Below are positions 39,928-48,845 of a DNA stretch of 64,000 nt, one piece after another. The stretch is from an uncultured Anaerolineales bacterium. GTDB taxonomy: Bacteria; Chloroflexota; Anaerolineae; CG2-30-64-16. The notes under the pieces are model-generated. The model worked only from the letters and a program-made list of their open reading frames with translations, was not told the origin of the DNA and searched no databases. Made by a program: the position numbers and the translations under genes. The DNA is taken from contig CAZELR010000002.1 of NCBI GenBank assembly GCA_964513075.1, positions 1,205 through 65,204 of the forward strand. The letters run 5' to 3'. Positions within the stretch are counted from its first letter, which is position 1, and every line of letters starts with the position of its first letter.

Positions 39928-42312
39928 GTGTACTTTACTGTGTCAAATCAAAAAAGAATAAGAAGGGGCTTTCGGGCAATCGAGGGCGATTGGCGGCGGG
40001 TGGATCTTCATTTGCACACCCCCGCGTCGGCGGACTGGCAAGAGCCAAGCGTCACTTACCTCGAATGGTTGCAGAAGGCGGAGTCGAAGGGCCTCGACAT
40101 TGTGGCGATCACCGATCACAACACCGTTGAGGGGATTGCCAAGTTGCGAGCCGAGATTGAACGGCTTGCGTGGTTGGAGGCCAACGACCGGTTACGTCCC
40201 CAGGAGCGACGGGAATTAGATGAGTACCGCCGTATTGGCGACAAGATCCTGGTGCTGCCCGGTTTCGAGTTTACCGCTATGTTCGGCTTCCACATTCTCG
40301 CCATCTTCCCGCCCGAAACATCGCTCCGCAAGCTGGAATTGCTCCTGCTGCGTCTCAACGTGCCGGATAACCGGCTCATTGAGGGCAGCACGGAAGTCGG
40401 CGCGAGCACTGATGTGCTTGCAGCGTACCGCCAGATCAACGAGGCCGGCGGCATTGTCATTGCCGCGCACGCGAACAGCACGCACGGTGTGGCGCTGCAG
40501 GGCCTTAGCTTCGGCGGCCAGACCAAAATTGCCTTCACACAAGATCCCCACCTGCACGCGCTGGAAGTCACCGACCTGGAAAGCGTTTCCCGGCGCGCCA
40601 CCGCGCGTTTCTTCGACGGCTCCAAGCCCGAGTATCCGCGACGCATGCATTGCATCCAGGGCTCCGATGCGCATCGGCTGAACCGCGATCCCAAGGACAA
40701 GAATCGCCTGGGAGTGGGAGAGCGGGTGACTGAGGTGCTGCTGCCGGATGTTAGCTTCGATGCGTTGAAAGCGGTCTTCGACGGCGACGATTTCGCGCGC
40801 ACGCGGCCTTATCGGCTGCCGGCCGAGGTGCCTTTCGACCACATCGAGGCCGCTCGCGAGCAAGGCAACACCATTATTCAGGTATTCCACGAGAGTCTGT
40901 CTCGTGAGGGTGGCCGGCTCCACAAAGTCTTGTGCGATGTGGTAGCATTCGCGAATACCAATGGCGGCACCGTGTATATCGGCGCCAGCGCCACGCGCAA
41001 GACGCCCCCCAAGGGCGTGGAGAATGCAGATCAAGCCGCCATCTTGCTGCGCCGCGAGATCGAGCGCAATGTGAATCCCCCGTTGGACGTACGGGTCGAT
41101 CTTGCCCAAAGCCTGGGCGTACCGATTGTGCGTGCCGTGGTGCCCAGCGGCCCTAATAAGCCCTATGCGTTGAGCCAAACGCGCATCTATGTTCGGCAAG
41201 AGGGCGAGACGAACGAGGCGATGCGTGACGAGCTGGTCCAGCTTGTCCTCAGTGGGCAACCGGTTGCGACCGAGGCAGTGGTCCTGGCTGCGCCGGTAGC
41301 TGCGCCTCCGCCGCCGGAGCATAAGCCGACTGTGGTCAAGAAGCTTCAGAAAGAGCCGGCAGCCGAGCCGGTTGTGGCGCCCCAGGTTGCCACCGTCACT
41401 GTACCGCCCGTGGTCGACGAGGGGCCATCCTTGCCTTCCATCGGTGTTGAGATCGTGGACATGGAAGAGCGTAAGGGTGCGCGTTACTTCACTATTCGCG
41501 ACCTGCGCAATGGCAATACCGTGCAGAACGTGACCATGCAGTCGGCGCGCAAGCTGTGGAGCTATGCGATCAGCCAATACCTGACGAACCCGGTGGATGC
41601 GGCCCGTGTCGAGTGGCGTGGTGACTTGGGACTCTGGCAGTCGGCGCGACGCGCCAAGGCGCTGCGCTATGACTTGGCGCTGCGTCAGACGGATGGCACG
41701 GTGCGTGTTTTTTATGGCGTTACGGGGGATGGCATGACTGGGCCCTGGGCGCAGTTCCTGAAGGCCGAAGATCGTGGTGAACCGGGGCAAGAAGACGACT
41801 ATGACAGCGGCTCTGCTCCGGAGTTGGAGGCCGAGTGGGAAGCGGCACTGCAGGCGGACTTTGATCTGGAGCCGGTTGCGCTTGCGCCATCCCGGTCAGG
41901 TGAGAAAGCATCGAACCGCGCGGCCGTCGAGTCGAAACCACAACCTGAGGCCAAGCCGGCGGGACGAAGCAGCCGCCAGCCGCGCACCAAGAAAGCCGCT
42001 GTCGCGCCTCAAATCGAGGAACAGGGCGCAGAAAACGCTGCCGAGGTAGTTGCACCGGCCTCAGCGTCGGCGCCTTTATCTGATGTGAAGCCGGTGGTAG
42101 ATGCCGCTGCGCCCCAACCGGAGGCGAAGCCCAAGCCCTCCCGCCGTTCTCGCGCCAAGGTACAGCCTGAGGCTGCGCCAAGTGACGCAGGTTTGGCCCC
42201 CGTCCCGGCAGCTCAGATCGTCCCAGTGCTCCCCGAGGCCAAACCAGCCCCGCGCAGCCGATCGCGCAGTCGCAAGCCCAAGGCTGAGACTGTAGCCCAC
42301 GAAGATGCCTGA
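39928..42312 (+). CDS. PHP-domain phosphoesterase fused to an AlbA_2 (Schlafen-like, divergent AAA) domain and a Lys/Ala/Pro-rich C-terminal tail
   Basis: N-terminal PHP metal-binding motifs (DLHLHTPASADW, ITDHN, AHANS); AlbA_2-like core KVLCDVVAFANTNGGTVYIGAS; last ~170 aa are PEAKP/KPK-rich low complexity. Confidence 0.7.
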   Translation: MYFTVSNQKRIRRGFRAIEGDWRRVDLHLHTPASADWQEPSVTYLEWLQKAESKGLDIVAITDHNTVEGIAKLRAEIERLAWLEANDRLRPQERRELDEYRRIGDKILVLPGFEFTAMFGFHILAIFPPETSLRKLELLLLRLNVPDNRLIEGSTEVGASTDVLAAYRQINEAGGIVIAAHANSTHGVALQGLSFGGQTKIAFTQDPHLHALEVTDLESVSRRATARFFDGSKPEYPRRMHCIQGSDAHRLNRDPKDKNRLGVGERVTEVLLPDVSFDALKAVFDGDDFARTRPYRLPAEVPFDHIEAAREQGNTIIQVFHESLSREGGRLHKVLCDVVAFANTNGGTVYIGASATRKTPPKGVENADQAAILLRREIERNVNPPLDVRVDLAQSLGVPIVRAVVPSGPNKPYALSQTRIYVRQEGETNEAMRDELVQLVLSGQPVATEAVVLAAPVAAPPPPEHKPTVVKKLQKEPAAEPVVAPQVATVTVPPVVDEGPSLPSIGVEIVDMEERKGARYFTIRDLRNGNTVQNVTMQSARKLWSYAISQYLTNPVDAARVEWRGDLGLWQSARRAKALRYDLALRQTDGTVRVFYGVTGDGMTGPWAQFLKAEDRGEPGQEDDYDSGSAPELEAEWEAALQADFDLEPVALAPSRSGEKASNRAAVESKPQPEAKPAGRSSRQPRTKKAAVAPQIEEQGAENAAEVVAPASASAPLSDVKPVVDAAAPQPEAKPKPSRRSRAKVQPEAAPSDAGLAPVPAAQIVPVLPEAKPAPRSRSRSRKPKAETVAHEDA

Positions 42313-42333
42313 TAGACGCCTAAAGCGCCCGTA

Positions 42334-42376
42334 AACAAAAAGTCCTCGCATTCATCACGAATGCGGGGGCTTTTTG
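42334..42376. terminator. Bidirectional intrinsic terminator between the PHP gene and the UbiA gene
   Basis: Stem gtcctcgcattc / gaatgcgggggc flanked by an A-run on one side and a T-run on the other. Confidence 0.5.
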
Positions 42377-42393
42377 TAACGCTTCTAATCCAA

Positions 42394-43314
42394 CTATATT
42401 AGTCTGCGCAGAATTGGCTCTCCATAGAAGATCAGGAACACCACCAGGCCGAAAAGCAGCACGTCAATCTGCAGCGGCCGATCCTTCAGCACGACCACAT
42501 CGGGTGGGTCGGTCTCGCCTTTGACGTGGATCAAGTACAGGTAGCGGAAGAGCCCGTAGAGAACAAAGGGTACAGTGAGCATTGTCGTGTGGTTGGCGGG
42601 CAGGTTGGACGCGGAAAAGGTGTAAAGCGCGTATGCCATGACCGTGGTCGCACTCACCAGGGAGAGCATTTCATCTATGAAGCGCAGGTTATACTGGGCC
42701 AGGATCGAGCGTACGTGACTGGAGCTTTCGTCCATCAGCACAATCTCCTGGCGCCGTTTGCCCAGCGCCAGGAACAACGCCAACAGCACCATGCAGAAAT
42801 AGATCCACGGCGAGAAGCGCTCCGCGTTGATCACTGCCACGCCTGCGGCCACGCGGAGCACAAACCCAGCGGCAATGGTCAGCACATCGACGATGACGAT
42901 GTTCTTGAGCCAGAAGGAATAGGCGATCATCAGGAAAAGATAGCCGTAGAGGATCAACGTTAGCCCTCTATCGATCCAGAGCGCCAGAGGCAGTGTCGCG
43001 ACGATGATGAAGAGCGCCGCCCCGGCGGCCAGGCGCGCGTTGAGCGCGCCAGAGGCGAGGGGACGATTGCGCTTGTTAGGGTGTATGCGATCTTTTTCAA
43101 CGTCGACAAGATCATTGATGATGTAGACAGCGCTCGAGATGAGGCAAAAGAGCACGAAGGTGAGCAGCGTGCGCAGGAATGGCTGCAAGTGAAATAGCTT
43201 GACATCAAACACCAAGGCTGCCCAAACAAAGACGTTTTTGGTCCACTGTTTAGGCCGCATGGTCTTCAGCAATAGTGCGGCCTGGCTAGGCTTCCGCTGG
43301 TTGGTCTCGCTCAT
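42394..43314 (-). CDS. UbiA-family prenyltransferase, decaprenyl-phosphate phosphoribosyltransferase-like
   Basis: RPKQWTKNVFVWAA and NDLVDVEKDRIHPNKRNRPLASG motifs resembling DPPR synthase; 8-9 TM helices. Confidence 0.65.
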   Translation of the reverse strand: MSETNQRKPSQAALLLKTMRPKQWTKNVFVWAALVFDVKLFHLQPFLRTLLTFVLFCLISSAVYIINDLVDVEKDRIHPNKRNRPLASGALNARLAAGAALFIIVATLPLALWIDRGLTLILYGYLFLMIAYSFWLKNIVIVDVLTIAAGFVLRVAAGVAVINAERFSPWIYFCMVLLALFLALGKRRQEIVLMDESSSHVRSILAQYNLRFIDEMLSLVSATTVMAYALYTFSASNLPANHTTMLTVPFVLYGLFRYLYLIHVKGETDPPDVVVLKDRPLQIDVLLFGLVVFLIFYGEPILRRLI

Positions 43315-43364
43315 GATCCCTGTAAGCTCCCGAAGGCGGATGATACCGTACCGCAGGAGGGAAG

Positions 43365-44483
43365 TCAACTTACTATCCCACCCAATGCGAACAGCCGCTT
43401 TGTCACCGCCCGTGACGTGTTCTCTAGGATGTCAGTGTTGTCGCTGATCTGGTCAATGCCGCCGGTAGGTGCATGTTCAGCGAGACGTCTGACGTCCGGG
43501 TCGCTGATTCGCGTCAGAATCATCTGGCTGAAGCGCTCTCCGTGGATGACTGAGAAAGGTCGGCCCCAGAAAGGCGAGCAAGCCGCCGGCAGTGGGTCAG
43601 TAATCCCGAGCGCGTTGTGCTGGGCAGCTACATATTCGTAGGCCGCTGCCAGATGCCTGTCGCGTGTCTGCCAAGTCTCTGCATGTAACGCAGCCTGTAA
43701 CAGCGGGGTTAGTGCGGGACCCACCTTCAACTGCGAGAAGGCAGTGCCGAACCACTTTGGATACGGTGCGTATTGCCGTTCCATCAAGAAGCACAGCATC
43801 ATCACGTCGTGCACCAGCCGCGCGGCGATGAGCGCTGAGCCGAGCTCGTCGCCTACATATCCGGCGCGGCCCATCAGGTGTTCCTCCTGCCCGATGCGCT
43901 GCCAGCTGCTCGCCAGCATGTACAACCACACGTCGTCTGGGTAATACGCAAAGCGCGCCAGCACCTCGGCCAGCCCGATCCCATCGTGAAAAAGCGTTCC
44001 GCCTGCGAAGGTGCGCAGCCGCTGTTGCGGGAATGACAGCCAGTCCGCGGGCGTGAGGGGGCAGGCCGGATCATATCCCAGATAATCGTGCATGAAACCG
44101 GCGACCGTGAAGATTTCGACGCGGTGATCTATCGGTCCGTCTTCAGTTGCCTTGAGGTGGCGCGTGCCTGGGTCTTCGGGGACAGGTTGGCTGAAGTTGG
44201 TGGGGTAGCCCAGGAAGCGGTGGGGCAGGCGCCACCGGAACAGCTCGTGGAGCGTTTTGTGGTAGCGCTCATAGTCCGCCGGAGCGAGAAAGATCAGCGC
44301 GCGCGGCCCCCAGTGGTGGTCTGCCGACATCGGTGTGTCGAAGCCCAGCACCTCTGAGCCGTAGCCGATCAATGCCGCGCTGTGCGGCAGGTCGGGGTGT
44401 GCGTCGTCCAGGACCGGCCTGACCGCTTGCCAATAAAAGCGCCGCGCCAGTTCAAGCCCAGGAATGAAAGGGGGTTCGCTCAT
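43365..44483 (-). CDS. Hypothetical protein (DUF4037-like, nucleotidyltransferase-associated?)
   Basis: 372-aa soluble ORF with coding-like codon usage; the domain call is tentative. Confidence 0.45.
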   Translation of the reverse strand: MSEPPFIPGLELARRFYWQAVRPVLDDAHPDLPHSAALIGYGSEVLGFDTPMSADHHWGPRALIFLAPADYERYHKTLHELFRWRLPHRFLGYPTNFSQPVPEDPGTRHLKATEDGPIDHRVEIFTVAGFMHDYLGYDPACPLTPADWLSFPQQRLRTFAGGTLFHDGIGLAEVLARFAYYPDDVWLYMLASSWQRIGQEEHLMGRAGYVGDELGSALIAARLVHDVMMLCFLMERQYAPYPKWFGTAFSQLKVGPALTPLLQAALHAETWQTRDRHLAAAYEYVAAQHNALGITDPLPAACSPFWGRPFSVIHGERFSQMILTRISDPDVRRLAEHAPTGGIDQISDNTDILENTSRAVTKRLFALGGIVS

Positions 44484-44550
44484 GCATCACGCACCACGAG
44501 ATTCTTCGCCCTGCGGCCATCTGCGGATGGTCGGCGCTCAGAATGACATG

Positions 44551-44624
44551 CACTACGCACCGCGCACCACGCAATACGCAGTACGCAATACGCAGTACGC
44601 AATACGCAGTACGCAATACGCTAC
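44551..44624. repeat. Heptamer/14-mer tandem array (ACGCAATACGCAGT x3-4), family C
   Basis: Intergenic between the DUF4037-like gene and mmdB. Confidence 0.7.
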
Positions 44625-45775
44625 ATCATCAATGCCAGCACGATGCCACCCGCCAGCACCGAGGCGATTTGGCCGGCGGTGTTGGCGCCCATGGCGTGCA
44701 TCAGCAGGAAGTTTTCGTAATCTTCTTCCAGACCGACGCGGTTGACCACCCGGGCTGCCATGGGAAAGGCACTGATGCCCGCGGCGCCGATCAGGGGGTT
44801 GAACCGGCCGTGCGTAAGCATGTTCAGCAGCTTACCGAACAGCACGCCTGCAGCTGTGTCTAGCGCAAACGCCAGGATGCCCAGCACCAGGATCATCAGG
44901 GTCTGCAAGTTGGCGAATGCCGTGCCGACCATGGTCGCGCCGATCGTGATGCCCAGAAAGATGGTGGTGATATTGGCTAACTCGTTGCCGGCCGTTTTAA
45001 CCAACCGGTCTACCACGCCGGATTCGCGCATCAGGTTGCCGAACATCAGGGTGCCGATGAGCGGGCTGGCCTGGGGGGCCAGGAAGCCGGTCAGCAGGGT
45101 GACGACGATGGGGAAGATGACGCGCGTGCGCTTGCTCACCGGTCGCTCGATGTAGGGCATGCGGATGCGCCGCTCTTCCTTGGTTGTGAGCAGGCGCATG
45201 ATGGGCGGCTGGATGATGGGCACCAAACTCATGTACGTGTAGGCAGCCACCGCAATGGGAGCCAGCAGGTGTGGGGCTAGCTTGGACGCCACGAAGATGC
45301 TGGTGGGTCCGTCGATGGCGCCGATGATGCCGATAGATGCGGCCTCGTTCAGGGTAAACCATCCGCTGGCCAGCGCCAGCAGCAGCACGCCGAAGATCCC
45401 GAACTGGCCGGCCGCACCCACGAGCACCATGCGCGGGTTTGACAACAGCGGTCCAAAGTCGGTCATGGCGCCGATGCCGATGAACAGCAGCAGCGGAAAC
45501 AACTCGGTCTCGATCCCGGCCTTGTAGAGCGCATAGAAGACGCCTTCCTGCTGCTGCCCGGCCATGATGGCGCGCAGGTCCAGCCCCATGCCGGCGCCGG
45601 GGATGTTGGCCAGGATCGCCCCGGTGCCGATGGGGATCAACAGCACCGGCTCGTACTCCTTGGCGATGGCCAGGTAGATGAGCAAGCAGCCCACCGCGAT
45701 CATCAGCACGTTGGCCCAGCTTAGCTGGGTAAAGCCGGCCACGATGGACAACAGATTGTCCCAACCGATCTGCAT
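44621..45775 (-). CDS. mmdB: Na+-translocating decarboxylase beta subunit (OadB/MmdB/GcdB family)
   Basis: Polytopic membrane protein of OadB-family length and character (conserved Asp-containing helix, ...MTDFGPLL...). Confidence 0.9.
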   Translation of the reverse strand: MQIGWDNLLSIVAGFTQLSWANVLMIAVGCLLIYLAIAKEYEPVLLIPIGTGAILANIPGAGMGLDLRAIMAGQQQEGVFYALYKAGIETELFPLLLFIGIGAMTDFGPLLSNPRMVLVGAAGQFGIFGVLLLALASGWFTLNEAASIGIIGAIDGPTSIFVASKLAPHLLAPIAVAAYTYMSLVPIIQPPIMRLLTTKEERRIRMPYIERPVSKRTRVIFPIVVTLLTGFLAPQASPLIGTLMFGNLMRESGVVDRLVKTAGNELANITTIFLGITIGATMVGTAFANLQTLMILVLGILAFALDTAAGVLFGKLLNMLTHGRFNPLIGAAGISAFPMAARVVNRVGLEEDYENFLLMHAMGANTAGQIASVLAGGIVLALMM

Positions 45776-45783
45776 GGCGCCCC

Positions 45784-46242
45784 CTATCCCAGATTGACCA
45801 GCAGGTCACCATAAGCGACGGATTGACCCGGCTGGACTGCAATCTCGGTCACGGTGCCGGTCGAGGCGGCGCGGATCGGGTTCTTCATCTTCATGGCTTC
45901 CAGCACGCATACCACTTGACCGGGTTCCACTGCCTGCCCAACCTTGACGTCCACTGAGAGAATGGTGCCGGGCATCGGAGCCGTGATGTGTGACCCGCCG
46001 TTGGCGCCGGCCGGTATGGCCGGCCGGGCAATCGAAATAGCCGGGGGTGGGGGCAACGTCGATGGTTGGGGCGCCAGCCGTGGCGGCTCTGTTAGTTGGG
46101 CAGATGCCTGGGACGGCAGAGATCCGGCGATGGCGACGTCAAATGTTTCGCCGTCAACGATGACTTGCAGCGGCGAAGCACCGGGATCTGGAACTTCGAC
46201 ATGATAGGTTTTACCGCTAATGGTGATGTCAAACTTAGGCAC
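45784..46242 (-). CDS. Biotin carboxyl carrier subunit (biotinyl domain) of the decarboxylase
   Basis: C-terminal biotinylation motif VLEAMKMKN; Ala/Pro-rich linker; GTG start 46242. Confidence 0.8.
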   Translation of the reverse strand: MPKFDITISGKTYHVEVPDPGASPLQVIVDGETFDVAIAGSLPSQASAQLTEPPRLAPQPSTLPPPPAISIARPAIPAGANGGSHITAPMPGTILSVDVKVGQAVEPGQVVCVLEAMKMKNPIRAASTGTVTEIAVQPGQSVAYGDLLVNLG

Positions 46243-46288
46243 TGAGACACCCTTTCTGTTAAGCCTGAGTCCGGGCTCTACGGAGCGA

Positions 46289-46705
46289 TTAGTACTGGTT
46301 GGACGGTGGGTAGTTTTCGGGCTTGCGCTGCGGTTGCCAGCGCTGCAGCGCGTGAGAGCGGTTGCCGGCCACCCACGCAGGCGCAGTGCGGCCGTGCTCA
46401 AAGGTCGGGCCGACCGGAGGCTCAAACTCAAGCCACAGGGCGTTGGACAAGAGCGCGCCGGCGACGATGGCGGCCACGTGAGCCCGCTCTGCGGTCAACT
46501 GTTCGCCTTGCGTCGTATCCGACAGGGCCGCTGCGACGGGTTGGGTCACTGCCTCGCCCACAACAACCTCACCTTTGTCGCGAAAGACAGTGGTCAGCAG
46601 CCGCATCAAGCCCCACAGCAACGCCAACGCGGCAAAGACGAGCCCCATGCCGAGTGCGGTCATGATGAGTCCCTGGTTGAGCAGGGCGCCGACAGTTTCA
46701 TTCAT
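46289..46705 (-). CDS. OadG-like small membrane subunit of Na+-pumping decarboxylase
   Basis: N-terminal MNETVGALLNQGLIMTALGMGLVFAALALLW typical of OadG/MmdD; start at 46705. Confidence 0.55.
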   Translation of the reverse strand: MNETVGALLNQGLIMTALGMGLVFAALALLWGLMRLLTTVFRDKGEVVVGEAVTQPVAAALSDTTQGEQLTAERAHVAAIVAGALLSNALWLEFEPPVGPTFEHGRTAPAWVAGNRSHALQRWQPQRKPENYPPSNQY

Positions 46706-46712
46706 ATCGTCC

Positions 46713-48257
46713 TCAAACCGGCATGATGCCGTGCTTCTTCGGCGGGTTGCTGGCCACCTTGGAGCGCAGGATCTCGAGTGCATTGATCAGGCGCAGTCGC
46801 GTGTAGCTGGGTTCAATAACCTCATCGACCTGTCCCATGTCGGCCGCAGCGTAAGGGTTGTGGAACTTGTCGACGTACTCCTGTAACAATTGTTTGCGCA
46901 TTGCTTCGGGATCGGCGGCCTTCTTGATCTGATCGCGGTACAGGATGTTGACCGCCCCATCCGGCCCCATCACGGCGATCTCAGCGCTGGGCCAGGCATA
47001 GGCTAAGTCAGTGCGCATTTGCTTGCTGCTCATGGCGATGTATGCGCCGCCCATGGCTTTACGAATCACCACGCTGATTTTTGGCACGGTGGCTTCGCAG
47101 TAGGCGTAGATTACCTTGGCGCCGTGCCGGATGATGCCGCCATGCTCCTGGGCCACGCCGGGCATATAGCCGGGGGTGTCCACCAGGGTGATGATCGGCA
47201 GGTTGAACGCATCGCAGAAGCGTACGAAGCGCGCGATCTTGTCGCTGGAATCGATATCCAGCACGCCAGCCAAGCACATGGGCTGATTGGCCACCAGGCC
47301 GACGGGGAAGCCGTCCAGCCGGGCCAACCCAATCAGTGCATTCTTAGCGTAATGTGCATGCACTTCCAGGAAGCTGCCGCGGTCGAACACACTACTGATG
47401 ACCTGCCGCATGTCGTACGGCTGACTGCTGTCTTCGGGCACCAGGTGGTCCAGCAGATCGTCGCGGCGGCCGGGGTCATCGTAGGGTGGCACGCGCGGCG
47501 GATCCTCGCTGTTGTTCTGGGGCAGATAGCTGAGGATCTCCTTGACCAGGCGAAACGCGGCTCGTTCATCGTCGGCCGCGAAGTGCGCCACGCCGCTGTG
47601 AACGTTATGCGCCTCGGCGCCACCCAGCGTCGTGAAGTCGACCTCTTCACCCGTCACCGCCTTGATGACGTCAGGGCCGGTGATGAACATGAAGCTGGTC
47701 TTGCGCACCATGACGATGAAGTCGGTGAGCGCGGGAGAATAGACCGAGCCGCCGGCACACGGACCCAATTGCACCGATATCTGGGGAATCACTCCGGAGG
47801 CCATCACGTTGCGGACGAACAACTCGCCATACGCAGCCAGAGAGCGCACCCCCTCCTGGATACGTGCGCCGCCCGAGTCCAGCAAGCCCACCACCGGGAT
47901 GCCGCTCTCCTGGGCCAGCTCCATGATCTTGCAGACCTTGTGCGACTGCACTTCGGAGAAGGAGCCGCCGAGGATGGTGAAATCCTGGGCGTATACCGCC
48001 ACGCGTCGACCGTCGATCTTGCCGAAGCCGGTAACGACGCCATCGCCGGGATACTTTTTGTCGGCCATCCCGAAATCGCTGAAGTTGTGGGTGGCCAGGC
48101 GGCCGAGCTCCTGAAAGGTGCCGCTGTCCAGCAGCATGTCGATGCGTTCTCGGGCCGTCAGTTTTCCCCTGGCGTGCTGGTCGTCGATGCGGGCTTGTCC
48201 GCCGCCCAGTTTCGCCTTGGCGCGCATTTTGCGCAGTTCTTCGAGTTTATCTTTCAT
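46713..48257 (-). CDS. mmdA: Methylmalonyl-CoA decarboxylase alpha subunit / acyl-CoA carboxyltransferase
   Basis: PCC-beta/MmdA-family carboxyltransferase with both CoA-carboxyltransferase subdomains. Confidence 0.9.
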   Translation of the reverse strand: MKDKLEELRKMRAKAKLGGGQARIDDQHARGKLTARERIDMLLDSGTFQELGRLATHNFSDFGMADKKYPGDGVVTGFGKIDGRRVAVYAQDFTILGGSFSEVQSHKVCKIMELAQESGIPVVGLLDSGGARIQEGVRSLAAYGELFVRNVMASGVIPQISVQLGPCAGGSVYSPALTDFIVMVRKTSFMFITGPDVIKAVTGEEVDFTTLGGAEAHNVHSGVAHFAADDERAAFRLVKEILSYLPQNNSEDPPRVPPYDDPGRRDDLLDHLVPEDSSQPYDMRQVISSVFDRGSFLEVHAHYAKNALIGLARLDGFPVGLVANQPMCLAGVLDIDSSDKIARFVRFCDAFNLPIITLVDTPGYMPGVAQEHGGIIRHGAKVIYAYCEATVPKISVVIRKAMGGAYIAMSSKQMRTDLAYAWPSAEIAVMGPDGAVNILYRDQIKKAADPEAMRKQLLQEYVDKFHNPYAAADMGQVDEVIEPSYTRLRLINALEILRSKVASNPPKKHGIMPV

Positions 48258-48316
48258 GCGTCCTTCCTGATTATTTTTGCTCGTTGCCTCGGTCTATGGT
48301 AAGATCAGGTTCGTTC

Positions 48317-48402
48317 GGAGAGGTCGCATAGTTGGCCTAGTGCGCGCGTCTCGAAAACGCGTATCCCGGAAGGGATCGTGGGTTCGAATCCCACCCTCTC
48401 CG
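48317..48402 (+). tRNA. tRNA-Ser (anticodon CGA)
   Basis: Cloverleaf with GGAGAGG/CCTCTCC acceptor stem, anticodon loop CTCGAAA, long variable arm, GTGGGTTCGAATCCCAC T-arm. Confidence 0.85.
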
Positions 48403-48428
48403 CCTGTGCCGGCCAGTGCTGGAATGAA

Positions 48429-48460
48429 GAACCCCACATTTCGTGGGGTTCTGTATTGTT
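48429..48460 (+). terminator. Intrinsic terminator after tRNA-Ser(CGA)
   Basis: gaaccccac-atttc-gtggggttc followed by TGTATTGTT. Confidence 0.6.
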
Positions 48461-48604
48461 GCACTATCTTGCCAAGGCGGCTTACCTACCCCCATGAAGC
48501 TGCCGCCATTGCCCTATTCTAGCCGTCTCAGAACCGGTCGGCAATGACAAGGGTCATACTGATTTGGGGAAACCGGCTGCTCCGCTTATAATCACCGCCG
48601 GTAT

Positions 48605-48694
48605 GGAGAGGTCGCATAGCTTGGCCTAGTGCGCACGACTGGAAATCGTGTATCCCGAAAGGGATCGAGGGTTCAAATCCCTCCCTCTCCGCCA
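48605..48694 (+). tRNA. tRNA-Ser (anticodon GGA), CCA encoded
   Basis: Same acceptor stem, anticodon loop CTGGAAA, long variable arm, GAGGGTTCAAATCCCTC T-arm, 3' GCCA; TTATAAT about 12 nt upstream. Confidence 0.85.
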
Positions 48695-48700
48695 AAAATC

Positions 48701-48764
48701 CAGACGCCCCGACTGCTGAAGGTGCCATGTGCAGCGCCTTGCAGGGTCGGGGCGTCTGTTTGTC
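48701..48764 (+). terminator. Terminator-like 13-bp stem with large loop after tRNA-Ser(GGA)
   Basis: cagacgccccgac ... gtcggggcgtctg followed by TTTGTC. Confidence 0.45.
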
Positions 48765-48845
48765 AGGCAAGCATCAGCCAGACGACAAGCACCCCAACGA
48801 TTTTGCGGTTATAATAGCAGCATCGTAGGAGTCCAAGGAGGACGT

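Noticed and set aside
40216-41790. 524-aa minus-strand ORF antisense to the PHP/AlbA_2 gene
   Set aside because: The plus-strand ORF has PHP and AlbA_2 motifs, a promoter, an RBS and a terminator; the antisense frame is a GC artefact
44464-44745. 93-aa ORF translating the heptamer array ([11 protein letters not shown]...)
   Set aside because: Translation of a tandem repeat in an intergenic gap; no start context
44997-45842. 281-aa minus-strand ORF overlapping mmdB in another frame
   Set aside because: Shadows the OadB-family membrane protein; Arg/His-rich translation
47019-48302. 427-aa plus-strand ORF antisense to mmdA
   Set aside because: The carboxyltransferase homology on the minus strand is unambiguous
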